Notes: a model not told the origin generated them from the letters alone. 64,000 nt of DNA from an uncultured Desulfosarcina sp. (GCA_963674945.2 CAXXWQ010000004.1:256001-320000), one strand, 5' to 3'. Counted from the first letter of the stretch, positions 49,383-60,904 are shown. Numbers and translations: made by a program.

Positions 49383-50317
49383 TGATAAAAGAGGTCGTCA
49401 CCATCGGGACCCGTGGCAGCAAACTGGCCCTCTGGCAGGCAAACTGGGTCAAAGCGGCCATCATGGCCAACCACCCCGGACACGCCGTGGCGCTTTCCAT
49501 CATCAAAACCAAGGGGGACAAAATCGTGGATGTTCCCCTGGCCAAGGTGGGTGGAAAGGGACTCTTCGTCAAAGAGATCGAGGAAGCCCTGCTCGACGGT
49601 CGGATCGATCTGGCCGTCCACAGCATGAAAGACATGCCCGCCGACCTTCCCGACGGTCTTTGCATCGGGGCCATACCAGGCAGGGAAGAGCCCCGGGACG
49701 TCCTGATTTCCAGAAACGGATCGACACTGGACAATCTGGCGCCCGGTGCGAAAATCGGCACCAGCAGCCTGCGTCGTTCGGCACAACTGCTCCATGCACG
49801 TCCCGACTTGGTCATTGTCCCCTTGCGGGGGAATCTGGATACCCGGTTGAAAAAATTGGATGGGGGCGATTTTGATGCCATCGTGCTGGCAGCGGCCGGG
49901 GTTCGCCGTCTGGGCCTTTCGGATCGTATCACGCAGGTTCTGGACAATTCTGTCATGCTGCCGGCAGTGGGACAAGGTGCTCTTTGCATCGAAACCAGGA
50001 AGGCGGATCCTGAGATCACACCGGTGGTCACCGCCTTGGACGACCCGGCCACACGACGGGTGGTACTGGGGGAACGGGCTTTTTTGCATCGGCTCGAAGG
50101 CGGCTGCCAAGTCCCCATCGCGGGCCATGGACATTTGAATGACGAGACCTTTTCCATGACCGGTCTGGTATGCGATATAGACGGTTCCAAACGAATCAAA
50201 CGATCACAACAAGGCCCCGCCGACCAAAGCGAGTCCATTGGACGAGAACTCGCCGAAGCGCTTCTCGCCGAAGGTGCCGGTGAAATCTTAGAAAGACTCA
50301 ACGCCAATGCACAATAA
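49382..50317 (+). CDS. hemC: hydroxymethylbilane synthase
   Basis: GTRGSKLALWQ, GKGLFVKE, VHSMKD, GTSSLRR, EGGCQVP. Confidence 0.98.
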   Translation: MIKEVVTIGTRGSKLALWQANWVKAAIMANHPGHAVALSIIKTKGDKIVDVPLAKVGGKGLFVKEIEEALLDGRIDLAVHSMKDMPADLPDGLCIGAIPGREEPRDVLISRNGSTLDNLAPGAKIGTSSLRRSAQLLHARPDLVIVPLRGNLDTRLKKLDGGDFDAIVLAAAGVRRLGLSDRITQVLDNSVMLPAVGQGALCIETRKADPEITPVVTALDDPATRRVVLGERAFLHRLEGGCQVPIAGHGHLNDETFSMTGLVCDIDGSKRIKRSQQGPADQSESIGRELAEALLAEGAGEILERLNANAQ

Positions 50318-51836
50318 CGAAAAAAAGGGAAAGGTTTTTCTGGTGGGCGCCGGCCCTGGTGATCCTGGACTGGTCACCGTCAAAGGGGTCGAGTGCATCG
50401 CAACCGCCGATGTTGTGGTGTACGACTACCTGGCGCCACCGGCCCTTTTGCACCATGCAAGACCCGGTACCGAACTGATCTACGTGGGCAAGAAGGGTGG
50501 AGACCATACCTTGTCCCAGGAGGGAATCAACCGGCTCATCGTGGAAAAAGCAGTGCAGGGTCGCGTCGTGGCGCGACTCAAGGGGGGAGATCCCTTCATC
50601 TTCGGTCGCGGCGGAGAAGAGGCCGAGGAACTTATCGCCGCCGGCATCCCCTTCGAAGTCGTTCCCGGCGTCACCGCGGCCATCGGTGCTTCGGCCTATG
50701 CGGGAATTCCTTTGACCCATCGCGATCACACCTCCGACGTCGCCTTCGTCACCGGGCATGAAGATCCCACCAAGACCGAGTCCAGTATCGACTGGCGGGC
50801 ACTGGCCACGGGCATCGGCACACTGGTCTTTTTCATGGGCGTCAAGAACCTGCCGACGATCGTTGCCAACCTCACGGAAAATGGAAGACCAAAGAACACA
50901 CCGGTCGCGGTGATCCGCTGGGGAACCACGCCAAGCCAGCAAACCGTGACCGGAACTTTGGAATCCATTGTCGACGATGTGAGAGAAGCAAAAATAAAAG
51001 CACCGGCGATAATTATCGTCGGCGGCGTCGTGACACTTCGAAAAACCCTGAAGTGGTTCGAAAACCGCCCCCTTTTCGGACGACGGATCGTGGTCACCCG
51101 ATCCCGTGAACAGGCCAGTGACCTGGTTCATCGTCTCTCGGCGTTGGGGGCCCAGTGCATTCAATGCCCTACCATCGAAGTCGTCCCCCCAGCGGAATGG
51201 ACGGCGGTGGACAACGCCATCTCGGTTCTTTGCGACTACGATTGGATCATCTTCACCAGTGTCAACGGGGTGGAGTACTTTTTCCGGCGCCTTTGGGAAA
51301 AAGGATTTGATGCAAGGGCCCTGGGCCACCTGAAGACCGCCACCATCGGCCCGGCCACCGCGGATCGCCTACGATCCAAAGGTCTTTTCAGTGACATCAT
51401 CCCCAAAAGCTTCCGGGCGGAATCCGTGGTGGAGGCCTTCGCGGCCACCGAGGTGGCGGGGAAAAAGATCCTCTTGCCAAGGGCCAAGGAGGCACGTGCC
51501 ATCCTGCCCGAGGAGTTGTCCCGGATGGGTGCCACTGTCGACGAGGTAACGGTTTACGAAACCCGCCATGGTGGGGCAGATGAGGAGGGACTGATCCGGC
51601 GGCTGAAAGAAAAGACCGTTGACCTGGTCACCTTCACCAGTTCGTCCACCGTGAAAAACTTTTTCCGGATGCTGCCCGAGGGTCGGATGAAGGATCTGAT
51701 GGCAGGGGTCACCATTGCCAGCATCGGCCCCATCACTTCCCAAACCGCAAGGAAATTGGGACTGACCGTCACCATCGAAGCGAAAAATTTCACTATTCCC
51801 GGACTCATCGAGGCGATTTTGGATTATCGAGGATAG
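50307..51836 (+). CDS. cobA: uroporphyrinogen-III C-methyltransferase / uroporphyrinogen-III synthase fusion (CobA-HemD)
   Basis: [23 protein letters not shown], then VVTR..FTSVNGV..FTSSSTV. Confidence 0.95.
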   Translation: MHNNEKKGKVFLVGAGPGDPGLVTVKGVECIATADVVVYDYLAPPALLHHARPGTELIYVGKKGGDHTLSQEGINRLIVEKAVQGRVVARLKGGDPFIFGRGGEEAEELIAAGIPFEVVPGVTAAIGASAYAGIPLTHRDHTSDVAFVTGHEDPTKTESSIDWRALATGIGTLVFFMGVKNLPTIVANLTENGRPKNTPVAVIRWGTTPSQQTVTGTLESIVDDVREAKIKAPAIIIVGGVVTLRKTLKWFENRPLFGRRIVVTRSREQASDLVHRLSALGAQCIQCPTIEVVPPAEWTAVDNAISVLCDYDWIIFTSVNGVEYFFRRLWEKGFDARALGHLKTATIGPATADRLRSKGLFSDIIPKSFRAESVVEAFAATEVAGKKILLPRAKEARAILPEELSRMGATVDEVTVYETRHGGADEEGLIRRLKEKTVDLVTFTSSSTVKNFFRMLPEGRMKDLMAGVTIASIGPITSQTARKLGLTVTIEAKNFTIPGLIEAILDYRG

Positions 51837-51874
51837 CCCGAACCACTTTGTGATTTGAGACCAATGAACGGGAC

Positions 51875-52900
51875 ATGCCGTTGAAAAAAGACAGCGAGAA
51901 CAAACAATCGCCTTTTGCCGGACTGGAAGACGGCCATAAACGGTACCTGAACTACCTGCGGGTCTCCATAACGGATCGATGTAATCTTCGGTGCCTCTAC
52001 TGCGTTCCAGACGGCCGCATTCCCAAACTTCGCCACGACGACATCCTTACCTACGAAGAAATCCTTCGTATCATCAAGATCGGCATCGATTTGGGCATTC
52101 GAAAAGTACGAATCACCGGTGGAGAGCCCTTGGTGAGAAAAGGGGCGATCGATTTTTTACGGCAACTGACCCGATTGGATAAACTGGAAGACATTTCGTT
52201 GACCACAAATGGGGTTCTATTGAAATCCAAGGCCAGACAAATCTTCGACGCAGGCATCCGCCGCATCAACGTCAGCCTGGACACCCTGGATCGCGACAAG
52301 TACGCCCATATTACCGGTTACGACCGGTTCGAAGAAGTGTGGCGCGGCATCCGGTGCGCCGAAAAACTCGGTTTCGATCCGATCAAAATCAACGTTGTGG
52401 CCATGCGGGGTATCAATGATGACGAGTTCGTGGATTTCGGACGCCTCTCCCTTTCCACTCCGTTTCACATCCGCTTCATCGAGTACATGCCCATCGGCAG
52501 CAGCAGGAACCGCTTCTCGGATCAGATCCTGACACCGGAAATACAGGAAAAACTGGAAACCATCGGACCGTTGACGGCGGTGGAACGTGCCATCATCGAC
52601 GGCCCGGCGAGGCGGTATCGTTTTGCCGGCGCGCCTGGCGAGGTCGGCTTCATCAGCGCCCTGAGCCACCATTTCTGCGGCCAGTGCAACCGTCTTCGGC
52701 TGACGGCCGATGGAAAATTACGCGCCTGCCTTCTGTCCGATCATCACACACCGTTGAAAGGGGTACTGCGGGATGGCGGATCGGATGAAGAACTGGCCGC
52801 CATCTTCCGTGACGCGGTCAAACAAAAAGCGGCCCGGCACCAGCTTATGGCCGATGGTATCGGCTGCGTCAGGGATCCGATGCAGGGCATCGGTGGTTGA
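51875..52900 (+). CDS. moaA: GTP 3',8-cyclase
   Basis: YLRVSITDRCNLRCLYC, FCGQCNRLRLT..C, C-terminal IGG. Confidence 0.97.
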   Translation: MPLKKDSENKQSPFAGLEDGHKRYLNYLRVSITDRCNLRCLYCVPDGRIPKLRHDDILTYEEILRIIKIGIDLGIRKVRITGGEPLVRKGAIDFLRQLTRLDKLEDISLTTNGVLLKSKARQIFDAGIRRINVSLDTLDRDKYAHITGYDRFEEVWRGIRCAEKLGFDPIKINVVAMRGINDDEFVDFGRLSLSTPFHIRFIEYMPIGSSRNRFSDQILTPEIQEKLETIGPLTAVERAIIDGPARRYRFAGAPGEVGFISALSHHFCGQCNRLRLTADGKLRACLLSDHHTPLKGVLRDGGSDEELAAIFRDAVKQKAARHQLMADGIGCVRDPMQGIGG

Positions 52901-52918
52901 TGGCCGACCATCGGCACA

Positions 52919-53389
52919 TTAGAATCGTAATGTCGCCGTCAACCGAAGCGGCTTCTTCAGAAGATCCAATGCGGACAGGATGTCGGTACAAACCACATCG
53001 GCTGCCTGAAGCGTCTTACCATGGGCTCCTTCCGCCAGGATCACCGCGATTCCCAATGCGCATGCCGCCAGCATCGGCCCATCGTTTCGGCCATTGCCGA
53101 TGCATGCCGTACGGTCGGCCCCCAGCCGGCTGACAAAAGCCTGTTTTGCGAGATCCTGTCGTCCCGATTCCAAAACGGTCAGTTTGCACGTTACACCTTC
53201 GAGACCGCCTTTCGCGAGACCGAATGTATCGGCCGTTACGACGTGAATGGTCAACTGTTCGGACAGCGCGTTGAGCGCATCCTTGACGCCTGGGATGAGG
53301 GTGCCGTCCACGGCAAGGGTCCCATTATAATCCAAGACGAGATGTTCTATCGTTAATGGACCAAAACCTGGGATTTGTATGGGTTGCAC
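52919..53389 (-). CDS. HAD-like soluble P-type-ATPase-related hydrolase
   Basis: LDYNGTLA, TADTFG, IGNGRND; GTG 53389 after AAGGAG. Confidence 0.85.
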   Translation of the reverse strand: MQPIQIPGFGPLTIEHLVLDYNGTLAVDGTLIPGVKDALNALSEQLTIHVVTADTFGLAKGGLEGVTCKLTVLESGRQDLAKQAFVSRLGADRTACIGNGRNDGPMLAACALGIAVILAEGAHGKTLQAADVVCTDILSALDLLKKPLRLTATLRF

Positions 53390-53498
53390 GATCTTCTCCT
53401 TTTCTGCTTCGGCAAATGACCACGCCATGTTCCGTGTTTATGAACGTACCGATGATTTTCCGGATACTTGAAAAATGGGTGAATGTGCCGAAGTCGAT

Positions 53499-53526
53499 TA
53501 AAGTCTTACGTTATATATACCGATAG
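53499..53526 (+). promoter_or_regulatory. putative sigma28-type promoter
   Basis: TAAAGTCT...ACCGATAG, same 16 nt spacing as the site at 21261. Confidence 0.55.
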
Positions 53527-53630
53527 TATCATTTTCAACAGTGTATCTTGTTTTCCGTGCATGTTTTATCACCAGTTGATATAATGCGGTTTCGGTTGAG
53601 ATCATCCGAAAAGTAGACGAAGGGAGCGAC

Positions 53631-54128
53631 ATGCTGGCAAAAGAATTCGAATCAACCGAATCGAGTCAAGAAGAGTTGGTGGACTTCATCATCAATCTGC
53701 CCCTATTTGAGTTTCTTGAGATGGATGATCTGAACGAAGTGGCCAGACGCATGGCGTTCTTGGATATCGAACCAGGCGATGTATTGTTCCAGGAGTGGGA
53801 AAAAGCCGACTTTGCCTGCTTCATCGAAAGCGGTGAACTGGATGTCACCAAAAAGACCGGTCCCGAAAAAAGTGAAGTGATCGCTACATTGCGGCGCGGC
53901 AGATCCATTGGCGAGATGTCCATCATCAATAACTTCCCCCGTTCCTCTACGGTGATTGCCCGATCGAAGGGAAAGCTCGCGATTCTTCCACGATCGAGTT
54001 TCGAGGACTTACTGGACAAAGAGGTGGATATCGGTATTAAAATCTTGAAGGGGCTGGCAAATCTTCTCAGTGTAAACCTCAAGAAGACTTCGAGCCGCCT
54101 GGCGGACAACATGCTACCCATGGGGTAA
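53631..54128 (+). CDS. stand-alone cyclic-nucleotide-binding domain protein
   Basis: LPLF, SGELDV, IGEMSI..PRSSTVIA; no HTH. Confidence 0.9.
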   Translation: MLAKEFESTESSQEELVDFIINLPLFEFLEMDDLNEVARRMAFLDIEPGDVLFQEWEKADFACFIESGELDVTKKTGPEKSEVIATLRRGRSIGEMSIINNFPRSSTVIARSKGKLAILPRSSFEDLLDKEVDIGIKILKGLANLLSVNLKKTSSRLADNMLPMG

Positions 54129-54204
54129 AGGAGTCGCTACACAATTCAGCACATGTACAAAAAAAGGGGAGCGGCGCTTCTTGGGACTGCTCTCTCGACA
54201 CCTC

Positions 54205-54504
54205 CTACTCTTTCTCTTCATATGCCATTTCCGCCCGTTCTTCCAACCGCAGCATCTCGCCCTCGGAAACGATCTCTTTTTCCACCAAGATATCACCGAT
54301 ACCGGCCCAGCGAAGGGCATCTACTTCCAAAATCGTTTTCGGCCGTTTGTTTTCCAGGCTGTAAAATGTATATTCCAGCGTCAATTCACCCTTTGGCAAA
54401 ATCGAAAAAGAACGCTTATAGTAGATGAAATGGTGGCTGAGAACATAATAACCCGCCGCGATACAAATACCAATGATGATGTATTTCTTAATCTGATTCC
54501 ACAT
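54205..54504 (-). CDS. membrane-anchored hypothetical protein
   Basis: GGAGG RBS, N-terminal TM; start overlaps the stop region of the protease gene. Confidence 0.7.
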   Translation of the reverse strand: MWNQIKKYIIIGICIAAGYYVLSHHFIYYKRSFSILPKGELTLEYTFYSLENKRPKTILEVDALRWAGIGDILVEKEIVSEGEMLRLEERAEMAYEEKE

Positions 54505-57145
54505 TACCACTTCCTCCCAATCGTCGGGTGGTCGATTCTTCCGAGCACAACAATTGGCTGTCGAAAAGATTGATATTGAACTCGGTGCGGAAGTTCAACC
54601 CTGAAGCATTTTTATCAACGGTGATCACGCTGGGCTGATCGATGCTGATGTATGCACCGAAGGCGTTTCCCACATCGCCGAGGACGGAATCGTTGTCCAT
54701 ATCGCTGCCGGCATAGAGCAGGTATTGTCCTTTGGCGACATTTGAGAAGGAAAAATGATAAATCCCATCGATAAGGGTGGCCTGTACCTCTTCCAACGCG
54801 TCATGGGTTTCCGGATCCAGCAAAAGGACGTAGTGATGGCCTGCATCCGCAAACTGGTCATCACTGCCGACTTGCATGTACACGGGAACATAAACGGTAT
54901 TAATGGAGGAGACAATGGTAATCAGCCCCCCAAAAGCACCATCGGCCAATCCGGTGCGAGCCACCGATACCCGATACGTTCCCAGTCCATCATCGTCGAC
55001 CGTTTCTGATTCGACGGACAGCCAGTCCGCGTCATCAATAAGGGAATCGACGATCAAGGGCGACTCGACAGAACCTGTTTTTTCGATATTGAGGATCGCC
55101 GTCGAGATGGAGTTACCCAGATCGATCATCGCCGGATCGGCAATCAACGCAGTGGGAACAATCCCTCCCAGAACGGCGTCGACTGCCTTTTGAGCATCGA
55201 TCATGCCATAACCATATATTTCATCCTTGCCGGGAGCACCCAGGTCTTGTGTGATGGCCCCGCTTCGAAGCAGATCGAAGAAATCATCGGCGCTCATTTC
55301 CGGCCAGACCGCCTTCATCAGCGCGGCCACGCCCGCGACATGGGGTGCCGCCATGGAGGTTCCCTGTTTGAAACCATAGACCAGCGAAATGGTACCGGCG
55401 GCATCGTCACCTGAGGTACTCAACACACCATCCGGATAACCATCACCGTTCAGGTCAGCCGTATTGTCACCACCGGGTGCGGCGACATCGACGGTATCGC
55501 CGAAACTGGAGTAGTAGGCGAGATTGGCAGCCTGGTCAAGGGCGCTGACGGAAACGACGTTGTCATAGGCCGCGGGATAGCTCTTGTCATCTCTGGCCTT
55601 GTTACCCGCCGCGGCGACGACGATGATTCCCATCTGGCGGATGGTGTCGAACAGGCTCTGTTCGATCGTGGAGAGCCCGCCGCCACCAAAACTCAGGTTG
55701 ATGATATCCGCCGGTTTGCCGGGCACCGTTCCCGATGAATTGGATAGCCCCGCCGCATACCGAACGGCCTGGAAGATGTCCCAGCTGGTGCCGCCGCCGA
55801 CCCCCAATGCCCGTACCGGCATGATACGCGCGGCATTCCACCCCACACCGGCCACACCGACACCATTGTTGGTATGGGCGCCGATGGTTCCGGCCACGTG
55901 GGTGCCGTGGAAAGTGGAACCGTCCTCGGCCTGGTCGCCCGGATCATAGGGATTGGGATCGATCCCGTCTCGATCACTCGGATCGGACTCCTCTCCCTCC
56001 ATATCCGGAGAACTTACGAAGTCGTACCCATCCGATGTCAGCCGGGCGGAAAGATCCGGATGGTCGAGCAAAACACCGGTATCCACGACGGCAACCACCA
56101 CCTCATCGTTACCGGTGTAAGTATCCCACGCCTCTGGCAGATGAATCAGGTCGTAGTGCCACTGTTTGTCAAAATGGGTGTCGCTGGGCTGTAAAAAAGG
56201 CCGGCGAATGAAATTCGGTGCGGCATCCTCGATATCCATTCTCCGCTTCATGGCCTTGATCACCCGAAGGGTGTCCAGCTTGCGCCGCAGCGGTTCGGAG
56301 ACGAATCCGGAAGAGACCGATTTAGAAGACGAAGACCGGAGACCGAGGGTATGAAGTAGGGTTCGGGTCTGATCGCCCGTCGAAAAAGAAAGACGTATCA
56401 CCCGTTCTTTGGATCCTTCGGCCAAAACGGCACCCTTGTTCTTCCCACCGAGAATAGACTGGAGCTCTGTCACCGATGATATTTGATCTCGGGTAACGCG
56501 GACCAGGATTTCCCCCGGCACGAAATCGTGGCGCAACCGAACGCCGGCCGTATCGCTTCCACCGGCAGCGCTACCGATGTTCAAGTTGTAATTGGATGCA
56601 TTGACGGTCATCTGCGGATCATCCACCAGCCTTACCTCGACCAAATAATCACCGTCTTCGATTATACTGAGAGATTCGTTTTGGCCCGCGCCGAGGGCCG
56701 CATCCACCAGAGTGAGATCATCGGCCCGGTACAGGTACAGATCCATATCCGTGGTATCGGGATTTGGGATGTACAATTGGATCGAATCCCCCGCCTTTAG
56801 CCGAATGCGGTAGTAGTCGGCAGGATCCCCTCCTTCTGTGGAACGCCCGGGTGCTCCCTGACCGGCAAGATTGAGATAACCGGCCAGGATGACAGGAACA
56901 TAGAGCTGCTGTGCGGTCTCCGGAGTGTCGTTGGAGGCATAGGATGCATTTGGGTCATTCACGTCACTGTCAACGGCGGAAGATCCGGAAGGCAAAATCA
57001 AGCCATCGATATTATAAAATCCTGACAAGGATGTAGCGCCGTTGGGAGCGTTGTCGTCCCCTCCCCCGAAGCAACCGGTCAGAATCAGTGTCAGAAAAAG
57101 AAACAGGACGTTTCTGGCCCGGCCATTGGGCGGACATCCTATCAT
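54488..57145 (-). CDS. S8 (subtilisin-like) serine protease lipoprotein with PPC-like domain
   Basis: lipobox LTGC, catalytic VAVVDTG / HGTHVAG / AAAGN / GTSMAAP. Confidence 0.93.
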   Translation of the reverse strand: MIGCPPNGRARNVLFLFLTLILTGCFGGGDDNAPNGATSLSGFYNIDGLILPSGSSAVDSDVNDPNASYASNDTPETAQQLYVPVILAGYLNLAGQGAPGRSTEGGDPADYYRIRLKAGDSIQLYIPNPDTTDMDLYLYRADDLTLVDAALGAGQNESLSIIEDGDYLVEVRLVDDPQMTVNASNYNLNIGSAAGGSDTAGVRLRHDFVPGEILVRVTRDQISSVTELQSILGGKNKGAVLAEGSKERVIRLSFSTGDQTRTLLHTLGLRSSSSKSVSSGFVSEPLRRKLDTLRVIKAMKRRMDIEDAAPNFIRRPFLQPSDTHFDKQWHYDLIHLPEAWDTYTGNDEVVVAVVDTGVLLDHPDLSARLTSDGYDFVSSPDMEGEESDPSDRDGIDPNPYDPGDQAEDGSTFHGTHVAGTIGAHTNNGVGVAGVGWNAARIMPVRALGVGGGTSWDIFQAVRYAAGLSNSSGTVPGKPADIINLSFGGGGLSTIEQSLFDTIRQMGIIVVAAAGNKARDDKSYPAAYDNVVSVSALDQAANLAYYSSFGDTVDVAAPGGDNTADLNGDGYPDGVLSTSGDDAAGTISLVYGFKQGTSMAAPHVAGVAALMKAVWPEMSADDFFDLLRSGAITQDLGAPGKDEIYGYGMIDAQKAVDAVLGGIVPTALIADPAMIDLGNSISTAILNIEKTGSVESPLIVDSLIDDADWLSVESETVDDDGLGTYRVSVARTGLADGAFGGLITIVSSINTVYVPVYMQVGSDDQFADAGHHYVLLLDPETHDALEEVQATLIDGIYHFSFSNVAKGQYLLYAGSDMDNDSVLGDVGNAFGAYISIDQPSVITVDKNASGLNFRTEFNINLFDSQLLCSEESTTRRLGGSGNVESD

Positions 57146-57166
57146 TGCAGGCCCCCGTTTTTCGAT

Positions 57167-58465
57167 TTAATCAGATCCTGCAACGGCGCCGATAAAGCAC
57201 CATATGGAACCGGAATAAGCCATGGTTGTGGCTTCGGCGGAACCGCTGTATTCGGAGTCGGCCGCATCGACATAGGCACGAACACGATAGTAATAGACGG
57301 TATCGCTGGACAGACCATTGTCTTCATATGTTGTTGTGTCCTCAACGACGGTAGCGATCTGAACGTAATTCTCCTCGTCATCCTTGCTTCGCTCGATTTT
57401 AAATCCCCGCTCATCGTCGCTGTTGTCGATCCAACTGATTTCGATGGTGGTCTCGTTTTTTTCCTCAGCCTCGAGGCCGGTGGGACGATCCGGTGGCGTA
57501 TCTCCGATGAACGCCCCGATACCGTAGGCATCGTCGAGTGTATCGACGGTGACTTCGGTGACGTTTTCCTCCTCCACGTCGATGCTGCTGATGCGCCCAC
57601 CGGACTGATGGACGATATATGCATAATTACCATTTCGCGGCGCGGCAATGCCACGGGGCGTGCCGCCAACCCGATAGGTGCCGATGATCGTATGCGCCGG
57701 AGATCGTATCACCGTTACCGTATCGTCTGCACTATTGGTCACGAAGACGTATGCGCCGTCTCCCCCAACCGCCACGCCCCATGGTTCATCACCCACGGAA
57801 ATGGTATCGACCACCTCGTTTTCGGCCGTATCGATTACCGATACGGTGTCCGAAAAGGTGTTGGCAACATATACATAATCGCCGGCCGGCGTCACGGCCA
57901 CCCCCGTTGGACCGTCTCCCACGTTTGAAATTGTCGTCTCACCATCCTTGTCAACGACACTGACGCTGTCGTCGTCGTGATTGGTCACATAGGCGACAGG
58001 TGTATTTTTGTCTCGATCATAATGAGCCGCCACGCCCCATGGCCCCTTTCCTACTTCAATGGTTTCATTGACCGTCCGGCTCGAGACAAAAATCTCAGTA
58101 ATTGTATCGTCCTCAAAATTGGCAACATAAGCATAATTTCCATTTGGTTCCACGGCGACGCCCCTCGGGGATGCGCCCACATCCACCTGGGATGGAGTCC
58201 CTGAAAAATCACCCGTATTGATAAACGATACGGAATCCTCACCGGTCCGGGTTACCAATACCTGCAGCCCATCCGGCGTCACGGCACAGCCGTATGGGCT
58301 GCCGGAGATCTCGGTTTCAAGGGTCGATTCACTGTCCGCGAGCACCCGAATCACTTCGTCGGCGCCACCGTTTGCGATGTATGCGGTGGTCTCGGCCCGG
58401 ATGAGGGATGGGGCAATCACTGACAGCATGACTGTCAGAATGAAGAAGGATACGGTTCGATTCAT
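57167..58465 (-). CDS. secreted YVTN/YncE beta-propeller + fibronectin type III protein
   Basis: signal peptide, repeated P.GVAV.P.G...YV.N...DTVSVI, Fn3 (W.DNS..E.GF.IER..YYYRVRA), C-terminal WCFI. Confidence 0.9.
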   Translation of the reverse strand: MNRTVSFFILTVMLSVIAPSLIRAETTAYIANGGADEVIRVLADSESTLETEISGSPYGCAVTPDGLQVLVTRTGEDSVSFINTGDFSGTPSQVDVGASPRGVAVEPNGNYAYVANFEDDTITEIFVSSRTVNETIEVGKGPWGVAAHYDRDKNTPVAYVTNHDDDSVSVVDKDGETTISNVGDGPTGVAVTPAGDYVYVANTFSDTVSVIDTAENEVVDTISVGDEPWGVAVGGDGAYVFVTNSADDTVTVIRSPAHTIIGTYRVGGTPRGIAAPRNGNYAYIVHQSGGRISSIDVEEENVTEVTVDTLDDAYGIGAFIGDTPPDRPTGLEAEEKNETTIEISWIDNSDDERGFKIERSKDDEENYVQIATVVEDTTTYEDNGLSSDTVYYYRVRAYVDAADSEYSGSAEATTMAYSGSIWCFIGAVAGSD

Positions 58466-58598
58466 CTTTTCACTCCCCTGGCTTTCCTACGATTTGAACA
58501 GATGATGTAAATGTGTAATGATATCATATTCGCCAAGGCTTTGTCTGTATCTCTTTACGCCGTAATCTTCTCCATTTAGACTGACATGAAATGCAATA

Positions 58599-59663
58599 TC
58601 AATTATTCTCCCAGTATTCGGGAGGCATATCCGTGGCCAGGGCCAGTGCACCATCGGCACCCCCGAATAGTGGATCCGAGACAATATGAACATTACAGGG
58701 GCCATACTCTTTCAGCACCTGCTCTATATGATTGCGAAGGCCTTTTATCTGGCTGCCTCCCCCCGCGAGTATAATGTTGCTGCGGACTTTCCTTTGAAAT
58801 TCCGGGTCGAATTTCGCGATGAGTTCCAGCATGGTTTCCACCAACCCCGGCAAAATACTTTCGCAGGCACGTCGCATTTCCGATGTAATGTCGTGCATGG
58901 TCGGTTTTCCGTCCACCGGGATTTCAACATGCACTTCATTTTCCGGTTCTCCGATGAAGCTGTGCTCTTCCTTGAAACGTCGTACCATATTTAACGTAAA
59001 ATCGGCGTCAGGATACCGTTCATGCAGATAGGTCTGAAGCAGATGGTCGATATGATCACCGGCGGTAAAGACGGTTCGCTGGTCCTCCTCGGTGGGTATC
59101 GTGCCGGACATGATACAAAAATCCATTGTCCCGGCACCGATATCAATGACCATTGCATTGTTCAGGGCATCGAGGCCGTAAGCGACGGAAAAAGGTTCGG
59201 TAACCACCATGATCTCGTCGGCGAAATCGGCCACAAGACGCTTGATGGCGATCTTGTTGGCCTTGAAGGACTCGGATGGCACGCCGACGATCGCACGAGC
59301 TTTCTTGTAACCGTTATTTGCCTTTGCATTCTGGATCAGATGGCCGATCAACTCCTTTACGGCTGCTTCGCTTCGTTCGGAACCGTCTTTGATGACGCCG
59401 TTTTCCAGGGGACGGAAGATCTCCAGAGAGAGTCTGTTATCCAAGGCGTCCTCTCCGAACAATATCGGTTTGCCCAAAACTTTGCGAGCAACAAAATCCT
59501 TGGGCCACCCCACGTAACTTTCCACCCAATTTTTATTGCCGTTGCTTGCGGATATTGCGCTCCTGGACGTACCCAGATCGATTCCGATGTTGAGGATCTC
59601 ATCTTTTTTCCTGGCCTCTTTTGTTTCGTTTCCCTCATCGACGGTTTCTTGATTCTTGCCCAT
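58599..59663 (-). CDS. MamK-like actin-family ATPase
   Basis: IGIDLGTS, SYVGWPKD, RPLENGVIK, EPFSVAYG, DIGAGT, AGDHID, LAGGGSQ, C-terminal DMPPEYW; MamK-type rather than MreB-type signatures. Confidence 0.85.
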   Translation of the reverse strand: MGKNQETVDEGNETKEARKKDEILNIGIDLGTSRSAISASNGNKNWVESYVGWPKDFVARKVLGKPILFGEDALDNRLSLEIFRPLENGVIKDGSERSEAAVKELIGHLIQNAKANNGYKKARAIVGVPSESFKANKIAIKRLVADFADEIMVVTEPFSVAYGLDALNNAMVIDIGAGTMDFCIMSGTIPTEEDQRTVFTAGDHIDHLLQTYLHERYPDADFTLNMVRRFKEEHSFIGEPENEVHVEIPVDGKPTMHDITSEMRRACESILPGLVETMLELIAKFDPEFQRKVRSNIILAGGGSQIKGLRNHIEQVLKEYGPCNVHIVSDPLFGGADGALALATDMPPEYWENN

Positions 59664-59664
59664 C

Positions 59665-60819
59665 TTACGATTCTCCTTTTGCTATTTTTAATTGCTGTGT
59701 TTCCAAATAAGAAACAATGCCTTCTTCTATGTACTTTGCCACCTTTTCCCGATAGCTGGTCAAGGACAGTTTGGCCTCTTCCTCCGCTTTCGAGATGCAC
59801 GATATTTCCACAAGGACGCTGGGCACCTCTATCTGGGAAAGAACTACGAATGGCGCCATCTTGACTCCTGAATCGAGGATGCTTTCATCTTGATGTTTCA
59901 AATTTCTGAAAAGACTCGTCTGAATGTTGGCGGCCAGCCTGGCAGATTCCTGGCGCTTTACCGTATTGCCCAGATCCTCAATGATCGCATCCAACTCACC
60001 CACGGAAAATTTTGACGCTTTGTTTTCCCGTTCTGCTGCACGCAGGGACTGGATGTTCAATGGAGGCCCGAAATAGTATGTTTCAATCAGATTGACGTCC
60101 TTTTGGGGCAGGCTGTTGACGTGTATGGAAATAAAAAGATCCGCCGAATTGGCCTTTGCAAATTCGACCCTGTCCGCCAGAGAGAGAGTTCGATCGTTTT
60201 CACGGGTAAGCAAAACGTTGTAAAGGTCCAATGTGTTCAATCGTTTCCTGAGCTTGACGGCCACATCCAGGGTAATGTATTTTTCTCTTGTCCCATCGGC
60301 TCCGATGGCGCCTGGATCCTTTCCGCCATGTCCCGGATCGATGACGATTGTTTTTACCCCCAATCCGAATACCGACGAAAGACGAACGGGGGCATTGGAC
60401 GACAACAGAAGATCGAAATCCGCCAGGCTCTGATCGGATGGTTCCTGCCCGTCCCAGTTTGCAGATTTACAAAGCAGTTGTGTTGAAGCAGAAACGGTTC
60501 GTTCCATTCCAGTGTCTATGTAACCCATCGGTTTGTCGACGGTCAGATGCATATTCGATTTCGACATGGACGAATTTTTTGGCCGTGACGCATACGGGTC
60601 TTTTTTTTGCGTCAATTCGTATGTAAAAGAGCTTGTAGCCAAGGCAATGACGATCAGAACAATACGTAAAATTTTGATGTGGGTTCTGCTGTTTGGTGCC
60701 AATACAGCATCGGGGTCGACTTTTTGAACGTACTTTCCTTCAAATCTTAAATTGTCGACGTAAATATCCCGAAGAATCGTTTTTTTCAGTTCGGTATTTC
60801 GCCTGCCGTGCGAAAGCAT
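59665..60819 (-). CDS. membrane-anchored N-acetylmuramoyl-L-alanine amidase (Amidase_3)
   Basis: IDPGHGGKDPGA..EK, FISIHVNS, VLVE Zn/catalytic residues; hydrophobic segment ILRIVLIVIALA at about aa 50-62. Confidence 0.93.
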   Translation of the reverse strand: MLSHGRRNTELKKTILRDIYVDNLRFEGKYVQKVDPDAVLAPNSRTHIKILRIVLIVIALATSSFTYELTQKKDPYASRPKNSSMSKSNMHLTVDKPMGYIDTGMERTVSASTQLLCKSANWDGQEPSDQSLADFDLLLSSNAPVRLSSVFGLGVKTIVIDPGHGGKDPGAIGADGTREKYITLDVAVKLRKRLNTLDLYNVLLTRENDRTLSLADRVEFAKANSADLFISIHVNSLPQKDVNLIETYYFGPPLNIQSLRAAERENKASKFSVGELDAIIEDLGNTVKRQESARLAANIQTSLFRNLKHQDESILDSGVKMAPFVVLSQIEVPSVLVEISCISKAEEEAKLSLTSYREKVAKYIEEGIVSYLETQQLKIAKGES

Positions 60820-60904
60820 GTATAAATTTCACTTAAAAGGGGGCAATCAGGCCCGTTTTAAAACCTTTTCCGACCGTTCGGATTCACCATCGGGATAACA
60901 AAAA

